DNA of 64,000 nucleotides. Source: Stegostoma tigrinum (lineage: Eukaryota). Below the pieces are notes generated by a model that was not told where the DNA came from, ran no database searches, and was given only the letters and a program-made list of their open reading frames with translations. The position numbers and the translations under genes were made by a program. How positions within the stretch are numbered: position 1 is the stretch's first letter; each line of letters begins with the position of its first letter. Where the stretch lies: the NCBI RefSeq assembly GCF_030684315.1, contig NC_081360.1, positions 48,183,424-48,247,423 of the forward strand, written 5' to 3'. Positions 49,882 to 60,510 of this stretch are shown piece by piece.

Positions 49882-51304
49882 GGGATCAATTTCCTAGTTG
49901 TAACGCCTTTCTCTGTAAAACAATGACTAAACAAAGACTTCAATTCTATCCTTCTTTACCTACCTTTCTGGAGTATGACATAGTAGCAGAGGACGGCTGC
50001 CCAAGATTGAAGCTTGAAACTAAAATCTAGTTCGGACAGAAAATTAGAAAATTACGGAAGGCAAATGCAAGTTGTCAGGGCGTAGTCAATACTTGGTGTC
50101 TGAATCGCAACACCAGTGGAAGAGTGAACTGGATATGTGGACATGAGTTATACCCCTTCCAAAGAGAGAAAGCAAGATACAATTTTGGAGTTGTCACTTC
50201 CAATATGAAGTCAATGTTAATTTTTTGTCAGATGGAAATGGATGATGGTTTAGGACTTCCATTAGAATTGTTGTTGGATTTGACAAAAGAGGCATTCTAT
50301 AAAATGTCTCCCAGGCATGATCAGAATATGATACATTTCAGAAAATTAATGGCTATACCATCAAGAAGTATGAACTTGAACACACTGTGTAGAAAAGATT
50401 GATGAATTTCAATTTGAGGATCTTAGAATTGGCACTGACATTTAAATTACTGTGTTGTGCTGAGGTGTCTCCTATAGACAAGCTTCTGATTCTAACTGAT
50501 GTTCAGTTTTTAGCGAAGAAGACTCTCCTGGGTCAAATGTCTGCAGCGTTAAAAAATACATCATGGGGAAACCATCATTTCCTTCATCATTCATGGAATA
50601 AATTACATTTTTATTGTAATAAAAGCAATATAAAACTCAAAGATTGCCTGATTTCAGAATGGTCCAGGTACTAAATGCACATCAACACAATGGAAGGGTT
50701 AAAGCCAGGATGAACTCCAAAGAAAAAGTCACATCAGACTGGAAATATTGACCTGCTGCATACAGACCTGCTGAGTTTCTCCAGCACTTCTGGTTTTTAT
50801 TTCAAAGCTCCAGTATCAGCAGTACTTGATTTTATTAGGTAAGGATGAAAGCAAACCTGGCTATCAGAGAAGAAAGGAAAATTAGAGCATAAATAATGGG
50901 AACGTGAATCTCAGCTATGTTGACTGAACAGTTAGTTACTGCTTCAGGTATGCTTCAAGGTATTGAAGGATTTTGCAACATAACTGTTGTAAGTTTTGCC
51001 TCAGTATATGGCTTAAAGAAGGCAGCTGCCATAGATCTAGAAGCATGGGACAAAAATAGAATACTTTCATCTTGTATTTTTTTTAGAGCTATCTACCAAA
51101 TTTAATATTCGTACAATAATATTTTACAAGGATATGAGGATTATTATGGACAAAAATATGCAGAAATGGATAGTAGCTGGACTTGAGCTTGACTTAAATT
51201 GAATTTGCCCATCATGATTTCAGAGCCGTGTAAAAATATGAAAATCATGGTTGCGAATATAGCAGCTGAGTTTATTTTGCATACCTGGGATTTATTTTCC
51301 CACT

Positions 51305-51498
51305 TGAGATAACGAGGTGCAGAGCTGGATGCACACAGCAGGCTGAGCAGGAAATGTTTTCTGAAGAAGGGTCTAGGCCCGAAACGTCAGCTTTCCTGCT
51401 CCTCTGATGCTGTTCCACCTGCTGTGTTCATCCAGCTGTACACCATGTTATCTCAGAATCTCCAGCGTCTGCAGTTCCTGCTATTTCTGAAGCAATTC
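51305..51498. mobile_element. Fold-back PLE-derived element with intact hammerhead motif (51361-51388)
   Basis: CTGAAGAAGGGTCTAGGCCCGAAACGTC; short inverted arm; TSD ATTTTCCCACT at 51294-51304 and 51499-51509. Confidence 0.82.
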
Positions 51499-51819
51499 AT
51501 TTTCCCACTATTCTGTTCTGATTTTACCTTCTGCTAATATTTAGATCTGCTTGCATCCTTATTCACCTTATCTTTAATCTCCCCAAAGTCTATGAAAAGC
51601 AACATGGAGCAATGAAAAACTGCACAGATTTTTTGTGATCAAACTGCAAGTTGTCAACATGCAAAAATTCACTCCAAATGGTAGGAGAGTATGGAGTCAG
51701 TCATACAGCATGGACATAGACCCTTCAGTCTAACTAGTCTATGCTGAGCATGTTCCCAACATAATCTAGTCCCATTTGCCTGTGCTTGGCCCATATCCCT
51801 CTAAACCTTTCCTATTCGA

Positions 51820-53030
51820 GCAGGGTAGACCAAGGAGAGCCAAAGGAGCCTGGACTTCAAGAAGGTTTTTGATAAGGTGCCACACAGGAGGCTGCTGAGT
51901 GAGATAAGGGCCCATGGTGTGTTAGAGACGAGGTGCTAGCATGGATAGAAGATTGGCTGTCTGGCAGAAAGCAGAGAGTGTGGATAAAGGTGTCTTTCTC
52001 AGCTTGGCAGTCAGTGGCAAGTGGTGTTCCACGAGGGTTGGTGCTGGGACCATAACTTTTCACTTTATACATTAATGATCTAGATGAAGGAACTGTGCGC
52101 ATTCTGGCTAAGTTTGCAGACGACACAAAGATAGGTACAGGTAGTATTGAGGAGGTGGCGAGGCTTCAGAAGGATTTGGACAGGTTAGGAGAGAAGACAA
52201 AGAAGTGGCAGATGGAGTACAATGTGGGTAAGTGTGAGGTCATACACTTTGGTAAGAAGAATAAAAGCATGGGCTATTATCTAATTGGGGAGAAAATTCA
52301 GAAGTCTGAAGTGCAAAGAGACTTGGGAGTTCTCATCCAGGATTCTTTCCAGGTAAACTTGCAGGCTGAGTCAATAGTTAAGAAGGCAAATGCAATATTA
52401 GCATTTATTTTGAGAGGACTTGAATGTAGGGATGCTGGGATGTACTGCTGAGGCTTTATAAGGCTCTGGTCAGGCCACATTTGGAGTATTGTGTGCAGTT
52501 TTGGGCCTCATAACTCAGGAGGATGTAGTGGTCCTGGAGCGGGTTCAGAAAAGATTCACAAGAATGCTCCCAGGAATGGAAAGCTTAACAAAAGAGGAAT
52601 GTTTGAGGACTCTGGGACTATACTCATTGGAGTTTAGAAGGATGGGGGAATCTAATTGGAACTTTCAGAATACTGAATGGCCTGGACAAAATGGATGTTG
52701 GGAAGATGCTTCCATTGGTAGGAGAGTCTAGGATCTGAGGACACACCCTTACAGTAATGGGAAGACCTTTTGGAACGGAGATAAGGAGAAACTTCTTTAG
52801 CCAGAGAGTGGTGAATCTATGGAATTCATTGCCACAGAAGGCTCTGGAGGCCAGGTCATTGAGTACATTTAAGACTGAGATAGGTTCTTGATTATCAAGG
52901 GGATCAAGGGTTAGGAGGAGAAAGCAGGAGAATGGAGTTGAGGAACTTAATCAGCCATGATTGGGTGCCGGAGCATAATCAATTAGACAAATGGCCTAAT
53001 TTCTGCTCCTATGTTTTATGGTCTTATGAG
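51820..53030 (+). mobile_element. CR1-like LINE 3' part, inserted into a - strand CR1 3' end (51700-51820 and 53030-53505)
   Basis: LDFKK.FDKVPH, KFADDTKIG, KCEVIHFG, LERVQKRFTRM; tail tatggtcttatg. Confidence 0.87.
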
Positions 53031-53504
53031 CTTATTCGTATACTCATCCAACTGTTTTTTAAATGTAGTAACTATACTTGAATTCACTACTTTTCTGGCA
53101 GTTTGTTGCAGGTAGGAAAATCTCTGTGTTTAAAAAAAAAAGTTGCCCCTCATGTCCCTTTTAAAACGTTCTCCTCCAACCTTAAAAATATGCCACTGCT
53201 TTTGAATTCCCCCACCTTGGGAAAAAGACCTTTGTTATTCGCCTTATCAATGTCCTTTGTGATTTTATAAACCTCTATAAGGTCACCCCTCAATGTCCTA
53301 ATCTCTGATGGAAAAATGTCCGGGTCCTTCCTTATAACTCAAGCCTACTATTCGCAGTAATGTCCTGGTAAATCTTTTCACAACATTCTCCTCTGTAATA
53401 ATATCCGTCCTATAGGAGGGCAACCAGAACTGCACACAATACTCGAGAACAGGCCTTATCAATGTCTTGAACAGCCTCAACATGACATCCCAATTCCTAT
53501 ACTC

Positions 53505-53682
53505 AAAAACTGAAAGAACTGCAGATCCTATGAATCAGGAACAAAAGCAAATTTGCTGGAAAAGCTCAGCAGATCTGGCAGCACCTGTGAAGGAAAAAAC
53601 AGAGTTAAAGTTTTGGGTCCAGTGACCCTTCCTCAGAACTGTTCTGAGGAAGAGTCACTGGACCCGAAACATTAACTCTGTT
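53505..53682. mobile_element. Fold-back element with two head-to-head hammerhead motifs (second subfamily)
   Basis: gggtccagtgacccttcctcagaac-t-gttctgaggaagagtcactggacccgaaac. Confidence 0.78.
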
Positions 53683-54132
53683 TATCAATTAGCAAAATCC
53701 CAAATTGCCTACTGTCTTGTGTGACAGTGTTCCTGCATTGAAATGTACAAGAAATGGTTTAATTTTTTCTGTTTAATTGAATGCTTTACATGTTGGAAGA
53801 TAGGATTTAATCATCGCCAAAGTCTCAGAAAAAATATGTAGAATGCTGAGCTATCGAGATGAGCTGAGGTGTGATTTAGTACAGGAGTGGTAATGTAAGA
53901 GGTTATGATGGTATAATTGTATTTACAAAACATGGCAATCGATGTATTAAGGTGCGTTCTTTATTATTTGGAATCAATTGCAACATTTCAGACTTTGAGC
54001 AGCAAAAAGGAATAAATGTGGCATTTAATACATCAAATGTTTTTTTGTTTTGTGGTGAGAGCTTTGAGAAACAGGATGTAGTTGATCAAGGGCTAAAAAT
54101 AATGTGAGTAACCCTGGCACACATGAGAGGGG

Positions 54133-56620
54133 GATAATAAAGTGTGAAGCTGGATGAACACAGCAGGCCAAGCAGCATCTCAGGAGCACAAAAGCTGACG
54201 TTTCGGGCCTAGACCCTTCATCAGAGAGGGGGATGGGGAGAGGGTTCTGGAATAAATAGGGAGAGAGGGGGAGGCGGACCGAAGATGGAGAGAAAAGAAG
54301 ATAGGTGGAGAGGAGAGTATAGGTAGGGAGGTAGGGAGGGGATAGGTCGGTCCAGGGAAGACGGACACGTCAAGGAGGTGGGATGAGGTTAGTAGGTAGG
54401 AAATGGAGGTGCGGCTTGGGGTGGGAAGAAGGGATGGGTGAGAGGAAGAACAGGTTAGGGAGGCAGAGACAGGCTGGGCTGGTTTTGGATGCAGTGGGGG
54501 GAGGGGATGAGCTGGGCTGGTTGTGTGATGCAGTGGGGGGAGGGGACGAACTGGGCTGGTTTTGGGATGCGGTGGGGGCAGGAGAGATTTTGAAACTGGT
54601 GAAGTCCACATTGATACCATTGGGCTACAGGGTTCCCAAGCGGAATATGAGTTGCTGTTCCTGCAACCTTCGGGTGGCATCATTGTGGCACTGCAGGAGG
54701 CCCATGATGGACGTGTCATCGAAAGAATGGGAGGGGGAGTGGAAATGGTTCACGACTGGGAGGTGCAGTTGTTTGTTGTGAACCGAGCGGATGTGTTCTG
54801 CAAAGCGGTCCCCAAGCCTCCGCTTGGTTTCCCCAATTGTAGAGGAAGCCACACCGGTACAATGGATACAGTATAGCACATTGGCAGATGTGCAGGTGAA
54901 CATCTGCTTAATATGGAAAGTCATCTTGGGGCCTGGGATAGGGGTGAGGGAGGAGGTGTGGGGGCAAGTGTAGCACTTCCTGCGGTTGCGGGGGAAGGTG
55001 CCGGGTGTGGTGGGGTTGGAGGGCAGTGTGGAGCGAACAAGGGAGTCACGGAGAGAGTGGTCTCCAGAAACCAGACAAGGGTGGGGATGGAAAAATGTCC
55101 TGGGTGGTGGGGTCGGATTGTAGATGGCGGAAGTGTCGGAGGATGATGCGTTGTATCGGGAGGTTGGTGGGGTGGTGTGTGAGAACGAGGCGGATCCTCT
55201 TTGGGCGGTTGTGGCAGGGGCGGGGAGTGAGGGATGTGTTGCAGGAAATGCGGGTGACACGGTCAAAGGCGTTCTCGACCACTGTGGGGGGGAAAGTTGC
55301 GGTCCTTGAAGAACTTGGACATCTGGTATGTGCGGGAGTGGAATGCTTCATCCTGGGAGCAGATGCGGCGGAGGCGGATGAATTGGGAATAGGCGATGGA
55401 ATTTTTGCAGGAGGGTGGGTGGGAGGAGGTGTACTCTAGGTAGCTGTGGGAGTCGGTGGGCTTGAAATGGACATCAGTTTCTAGCTGGTTGCCTGAGATG
55501 GAGACTGAGAGGTCCAGGAAGGTGAGGGATGTGTTGGAGATGGCCCAGGTGAACTTGAGGTTGGGGTGGAAGGTGTTGGTGAAGTGGATGAACTGTTCGA
55601 GCTCCTCTGGGGAGCAAGAGGCAGCACCGATACAGTCATCAATGTAACGGAGGAAGAGGTGGGGTTTGGGGCTTGTGTAGATGCAGAAGAGGGACTGTTC
55701 CACGTAACCTACAAAGAGGCGGGCATAGCTGTGGCCCATGCGGGTGCCCATGGTCACTCCCTTTGTCTTTAGGAAGGGTGGAATCGAAAGAGAAGTTGCT
55801 GAGGGTGAGGACGAGTTCAGTTAGGCAGATGAGGGTGTCGGTGGAGGGGGACTGGTCGGGCCTGCGGGACAGGAAGAAACGGAGGGCCTTGAGGCCATCC
55901 GCATGCGGAATACAGAAACACCTCCGCTCGGTTCGCAATAAACAACTGCACCTCCCAGTCGCGAACCATTTCAACCCCCCCCCCCATTCTTTTGATGACG
56001 TGTCCATCATGTGCCTCCTGCAGTGCCACAATGATGCCACCTGAAGGTTGCAGGAACAGCAACTCATATTCCGCTTGGGAACCCTGCAGCCCAATGGTAT
56101 CAATGTGGACTTCACCAGCTTCAAAATCTCCCCTTCCCCCACCGCATCCCAAAACCAGCCCACTTCACCCCTCCCCCCACTGCATCACACAACCAGCCCA
56201 GCTCATCCCCTCCCCCCACTGCATCCTAAAACCAGCCCAGCCTGTCTCTGCCTCCCTGACCTGTTCTTCCTCTCACCCATCCCTTCCTCCCACTCCAAGC
56301 CGCACCTCCATTTCCTACCTACTAACCTCATCCCACCTCCTTGACGTGTCCGTCTTCCCTGGACTGACCTATCCCCTCCCTACCTCCCCACCTATACTCT
56401 CCTCTCCACCTATCTTCTTTTCTCTCCATCTTCGGTCTGCCTCCCCCTCTCTCCCTATTTATTCCAGAACCCTCACCCCATCCCCCTCTCTGATGAAGGG
56501 TCTAGGCCCGAAACGTCAGCTTTTGTGCTCCTGAGATGCTGCTTGGCCTGCTGTGTTCATCCAGCTTCACACTTTATTATCTTGGATTTTCCAGCATCTG
56601 CAGTTCCCATTATCTCTGAT
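54133..56620 (-). mobile_element. Neptune-type Penelope-like element: RT plus GIY-YIG on - strand, inverted + strand arm ~55915-56620
   Basis: MGTRMGHSYARLF..FLRYIDD..TFLDL..FKPTDSHSYL (55263-55757); IGETKRRLGDRFAEH (54625-55266); frameshifted; hammerheads at 54197-54224 (-) and 56490-56517 (+); TSD ACATGAGAGGGG at 54121-54132 and 56621-56632. Confidence 0.93.
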
Positions 56621-58183
56621 ACATGAGAGGGGTATCACCCGTGGACGTCCATTTCGAGAATGTGTGTACAGCAGAGATATTTTCCAAAGGACTGTAATAA
56701 ATTCAGGGATGTAGCAATTGTGGAATATGAAGGAAAAGCTACTGGTAAGTTTGAATAATGGTTGAATGTGCAAGTGATGGACAAGAAGTATGAGTAATGG
56801 ACTGGAAAAATATGTTGAAAGCCTTAAAACTTAGAAAAAATAGTGCGAGAGGATAGTGTGTTCTAGAAGTGACTTTTCAGAAAATGTTGCACTTGGGGAA
56901 AGAACCTTTGATAATGTAAGAGGGAGATTTTGCCACGTAGTCTTGACAGATAGGAAAGTGGAAATAGAAACTTGTGGGTGTATAGATTAGACAATAAAAT
57001 AAAGGCAATAGAATAGTCCTGTAACAAACAATGATAGTCTTGCCCCGGAAAAGTCATTGCAGGTGGCTACAAGGACTGAAAGATCCAACAGTACTTGGAA
57101 AGCTTGACACAATCCAAGATAAATCAGTTTGTTTGGCACCCACCACCCAGTTTAAAATTTTCACTACTCCTAGAATAGGGTAGTAGGTGTGTACCATCTA
57201 CGTGATTCGCTGTAGGACCTCACCAAAGTCCCTTCAACAATACTTACTATACCTGCAACTTATCAGACCTAGAGAAGCAAGAACAGCAAATAAATGGGAG
57301 GACTGTGACCTGAACGTTCTCCTGAAAATTATGCATATCCTCACAAAGTTATATCAGAATCCCTATATGGGCAAATAATAGAGTGACCTAAAGCCAAACT
57401 TGCAAGCATTGTGCACATCTCATGAATGAATATAAAATAAATTTCAGATGAGAATGGAATAGGCTGCCCTTTAGCTCACAAACCAGAGAAAATGGCTATC
57501 TCTTGTTGATGGACTGGGTATAGTATTGTGTTGGTCAACTAGTTTAGGTGAGATTCAGCACAGTTGGCAAATTAGATGTACATTCATTGAATAATAAGTC
57601 AATAATCGTATGATGGGAGAAGATGAGCATTCAATGAAATATGTGAACGAGAAAAGATTAAAGAAGATTGACCATCCCAGCTTGAAACAAATGCTGCATA
57701 GAAGGCTTAAAAAAAAGGTGCAGAAATAAATCATTCAGGGTTGCAATCATTCTGTGCCATTCAATAAGATCAAGGCCCAGCTGTGGATGATTTGAATTGC
57801 AAATTTCATCTCCCCCAACAACTTTTGATTCCCTTGTCTGTCAAAAATGTATGTCCTTTTATCTTAAAAATATTTAATGACCCTGCCTTCACTGCTTTAT
57901 GAGGGAGAGGCATCCAAATTTACACAATCCTAAGAAAGTAAAGATTTCTTCTCATCTCTGCCCTAAAAGAGCAACTCCTAATCTTAAAGCCGTATCTCTT
58001 ACTTCAGAACTGAAGCACAAGATGAAACATCCTTTTCACACCCATCTTTTCCAGAAAATCCTGGATCTTGTACACACCAATCAAGTCAACCTTTATTCTT
58101 CCAGACTGCAATGGAAACAAGACTACCTTGTCCAATCTTTCCTCATAGGCCAGCCCACTCATCCCATGTATCAATCTAGTAAA

Positions 58184-58435
58184 AGGGAAAAAAAAACTAA
58201 ACAACAGTGAATGCTGCAAGTTAGAATCAAAAATAGAAATTGTTGGAAAAGTTTAGCAGGTCTGGCAGCATCTGTGGAGAGAAAGCAGAGGTAACGTTTC
58301 GTGTCCAGTGACCCTTCTTCAGAACTCACTTGGAGTTATTAAGAAGGATCATTGGGTCTGAAATATTAACTTTTCATTGTCTCCACAGATTCTGCCAGAC
58401 TTGCTGAGATTTTCCAGCAATTTCTATTTTTTTAA
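58184..58435. mobile_element. Fold-back hammerhead-type element within a - strand CR1 remnant (~57720-58630)
   Basis: Inverted arms tctggcagcatctgtggaga/ctccacagattctgccagac; TSD ATCAATCTAGTAAA at 58170-58183 and 58436-58449. Confidence 0.78.
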
Positions 58436-59049
58436 ATCAATCTAGTAAACTACATCTGAACATGCTCTGATGCATTTCACCCTTTCTTATATAAAGAGAC
58501 AAGAACTGCACATATTTGGGATTTGGTCACACTAATGTCCAGCATAACTGAAGTATAAAATTTTTCTCTTCTGCTAAATTCCTGTCATAATAAAATATAG
58601 TATCACATTAACCTTCTTGATCACTCCACTATTTGCTCATGAGGGGATTCTGATATAATTCCATGTGAGGATCATATATATTTTCAGGGGAACTTTCAGG
58701 TCACAGTGCTCTCATTTGTCTGCTGTTCTTGTTTCTGTCAGTCTGATAAGTTGCAGGTATGGGAAGTAATGTTGATGGGACCTTGGTGAGCCCTACAGCG
58801 AATCATGTAAACGGTACACACCTACTACCATATGCTAGGAGTAGTGAAAATTTTAAAGTGGGTGGTGGGTGCCAAACAAACTGATTTATCTTGGATTGTG
58901 TCAGGCTTTCCAAGTACAGTTGGAGCTTTCAGCCCTTGTAGCCATCTACAGTGACTTTTCCAGGGCAAGGCTATCGCTGTTTGTCTCAGGACTGTTCTGA
59001 TGCCTTTATTTTATTGTCTAATCTATATACCCAACAGCCTCTAATTCCA

Positions 59050-60137
59050 GAGATAATGGGAACTGCAGATGCTGGAGAATTCCAAGATAATAAAATGTGA
59101 GGCTGGATGAACACAGCAGGCCAAGCAGCATCTCAGGAGCACAAAAGCTGACGTTTCGGGCCTAGACCCTTCATCAGAGAGGGGGATGGGGAGAGGGAAC
59201 TGGAATAAATAGGGAGTGAGGGGGAGGCGGACCGAAGATGGAGAGTAAAGAAGATAGGTGGAGAGAGTGTAGGTGGGGAGGTAGGGAGGGGATAGGTCGG
59301 TCCAGGGAAGACGGACAGGTCAAGGAGGTGGGATGAGGTTAGTAGATAGCTGGGGGTGCGGCTTGGGGTGGGAGGAAGGGATGGGTGAGAGGAAGAACCG
59401 GTTAGGGAGGCAGAGACAGGTTGGACTGGTTTTGGGATGCAGTGGGTGGGGGGGAAGAGCTGGGCTGGTTGTGTGGTGCAGTGGGGGGAGGGGACGAACT
59501 GGGCTGGTTTAGGGATGCAGTAGGGGAAGGGGAGATTTTGAAACTGGTGAAGTCCACATTGATACCATATGGCTGCAGGGCTGCAGTGCCACAATGATGC
59601 CACCCGAAGGTTGCAGGAACAGCAACTCATATTCCGCCTGGGAACCCTGCAGCCATATGGTATCAATGTGGACTTCACCAGTTTCAAAATCTCCCCTTCC
59701 CCTACTGCATCCCTAAACCAGCCCAGTTCGTCCCCTCCCCCCACTGCACCACACAACCAGCCCAGCTCTACCCCCCACCCACTGCATCCCAAAACCAGTC
59801 CAACCTGTCTCTGCCTCCCTAACCGGTTCTTCCTCTCACCCATCCCTTCCTCCCACCCCAAGCCGCATCCCCAGCTACCTACTAACCTCATCCCACCTCC
59901 TTGACCTGTCCGTCTTCCCTGGACCGACCTATCCCCTCCCTCCCTCCCCACCTACACTCTCTCCACCTATCTTCTTTACTCTCCATCTTCGGTCCGCCTC
60001 CCCCTCTCTCCCTATTTATTCCAGTTCCCTCTCCCCATCCTCCTCTCTGATGAAGGGTCTAGGCCCGAAATGTCAGCTTTTGTGCTCCTGAGATGCTGCT
60101 TGGCCTGCTGTGTTCATCCAGCCTCACATTTTATAGT
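59050..60137. mobile_element. Palindromic Neptune-type PLE insertion (two ~490-bp inverted 3' ends)
   Basis: Arms ~59086-59580 and ~59645-60135; hammerheads at 59150-59177 (-) and 60047-60074 (+); TSD CTCTAATTCCA at 59039-59049 and 60138-60148. Confidence 0.92.
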
Positions 60138-60432
60138 CTCTAATTCCACTTTCCTATCTGTCAAGACTAAGTGGCAAGACCTCCCTCTTGTATTATCAAA
60201 GGTTCTTTCTTCAAGTACATCATAATTTTCTGAAAAGTTCAGTTTCTGTCAAAGCTGCAGCAATGAAGTGGGAAATTCCCTGGCAAAATTCAGCTGCATG
60301 CCATAGCCCACACTTGTGATCAGATGTCTCGTCATGCTCCAGTTAATCCGTTTGCTTTGATAAGTGAAGCTTTGTATTGCAATTGCTGCTTCGTTGCTGA
60401 CCTTTCACACTTGTTGTTTATATTTTTGTTAG

Positions 60433-60510
60433 GCTACACAACTCGAGGAGTTGTTGGCAGTGCGACATTCAGTTTTTGTTGTGGGTGTTGCTGGAACTGG
60501 CAAAAGCCAG
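60433..60510 (+). CDS. DNAH11: Dynein heavy chain exon, AAA2 P-loop: [26 protein letters not shown]
   Basis: gttag|GCT, CAG|gtaagt, 78 nt; VRHSVF..G..GTGKS. Confidence 0.94.

Larger units (their letters stand above)
56871..60240. repeat. Old ~490-bp inverted repeat pair (56871-57363 vs 58644-59049 plus 60138-60240)
   Basis: Colinear reverse complementarity including a ~45-nt perfect block (57105-57149 vs 58859-58903); right arm split by the 59050 PLE. Confidence 0.85.

Noticed and set aside
50124-50674. Two adjacent ~90-aa ORFs
   Set aside because: No recognisable domain or convincing splice signals; probably decayed repeat sequence that could not be classified.
59133-59951. 272-aa minus-strand ORF and similar Pro/Ser- or Gly-rich ORFs (3550-4059, 54180-54719, 55992-56534)
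   Set aside because: Alternative-frame read-through of the low-complexity PLE 3' region and its palindrome; no independent protein features.
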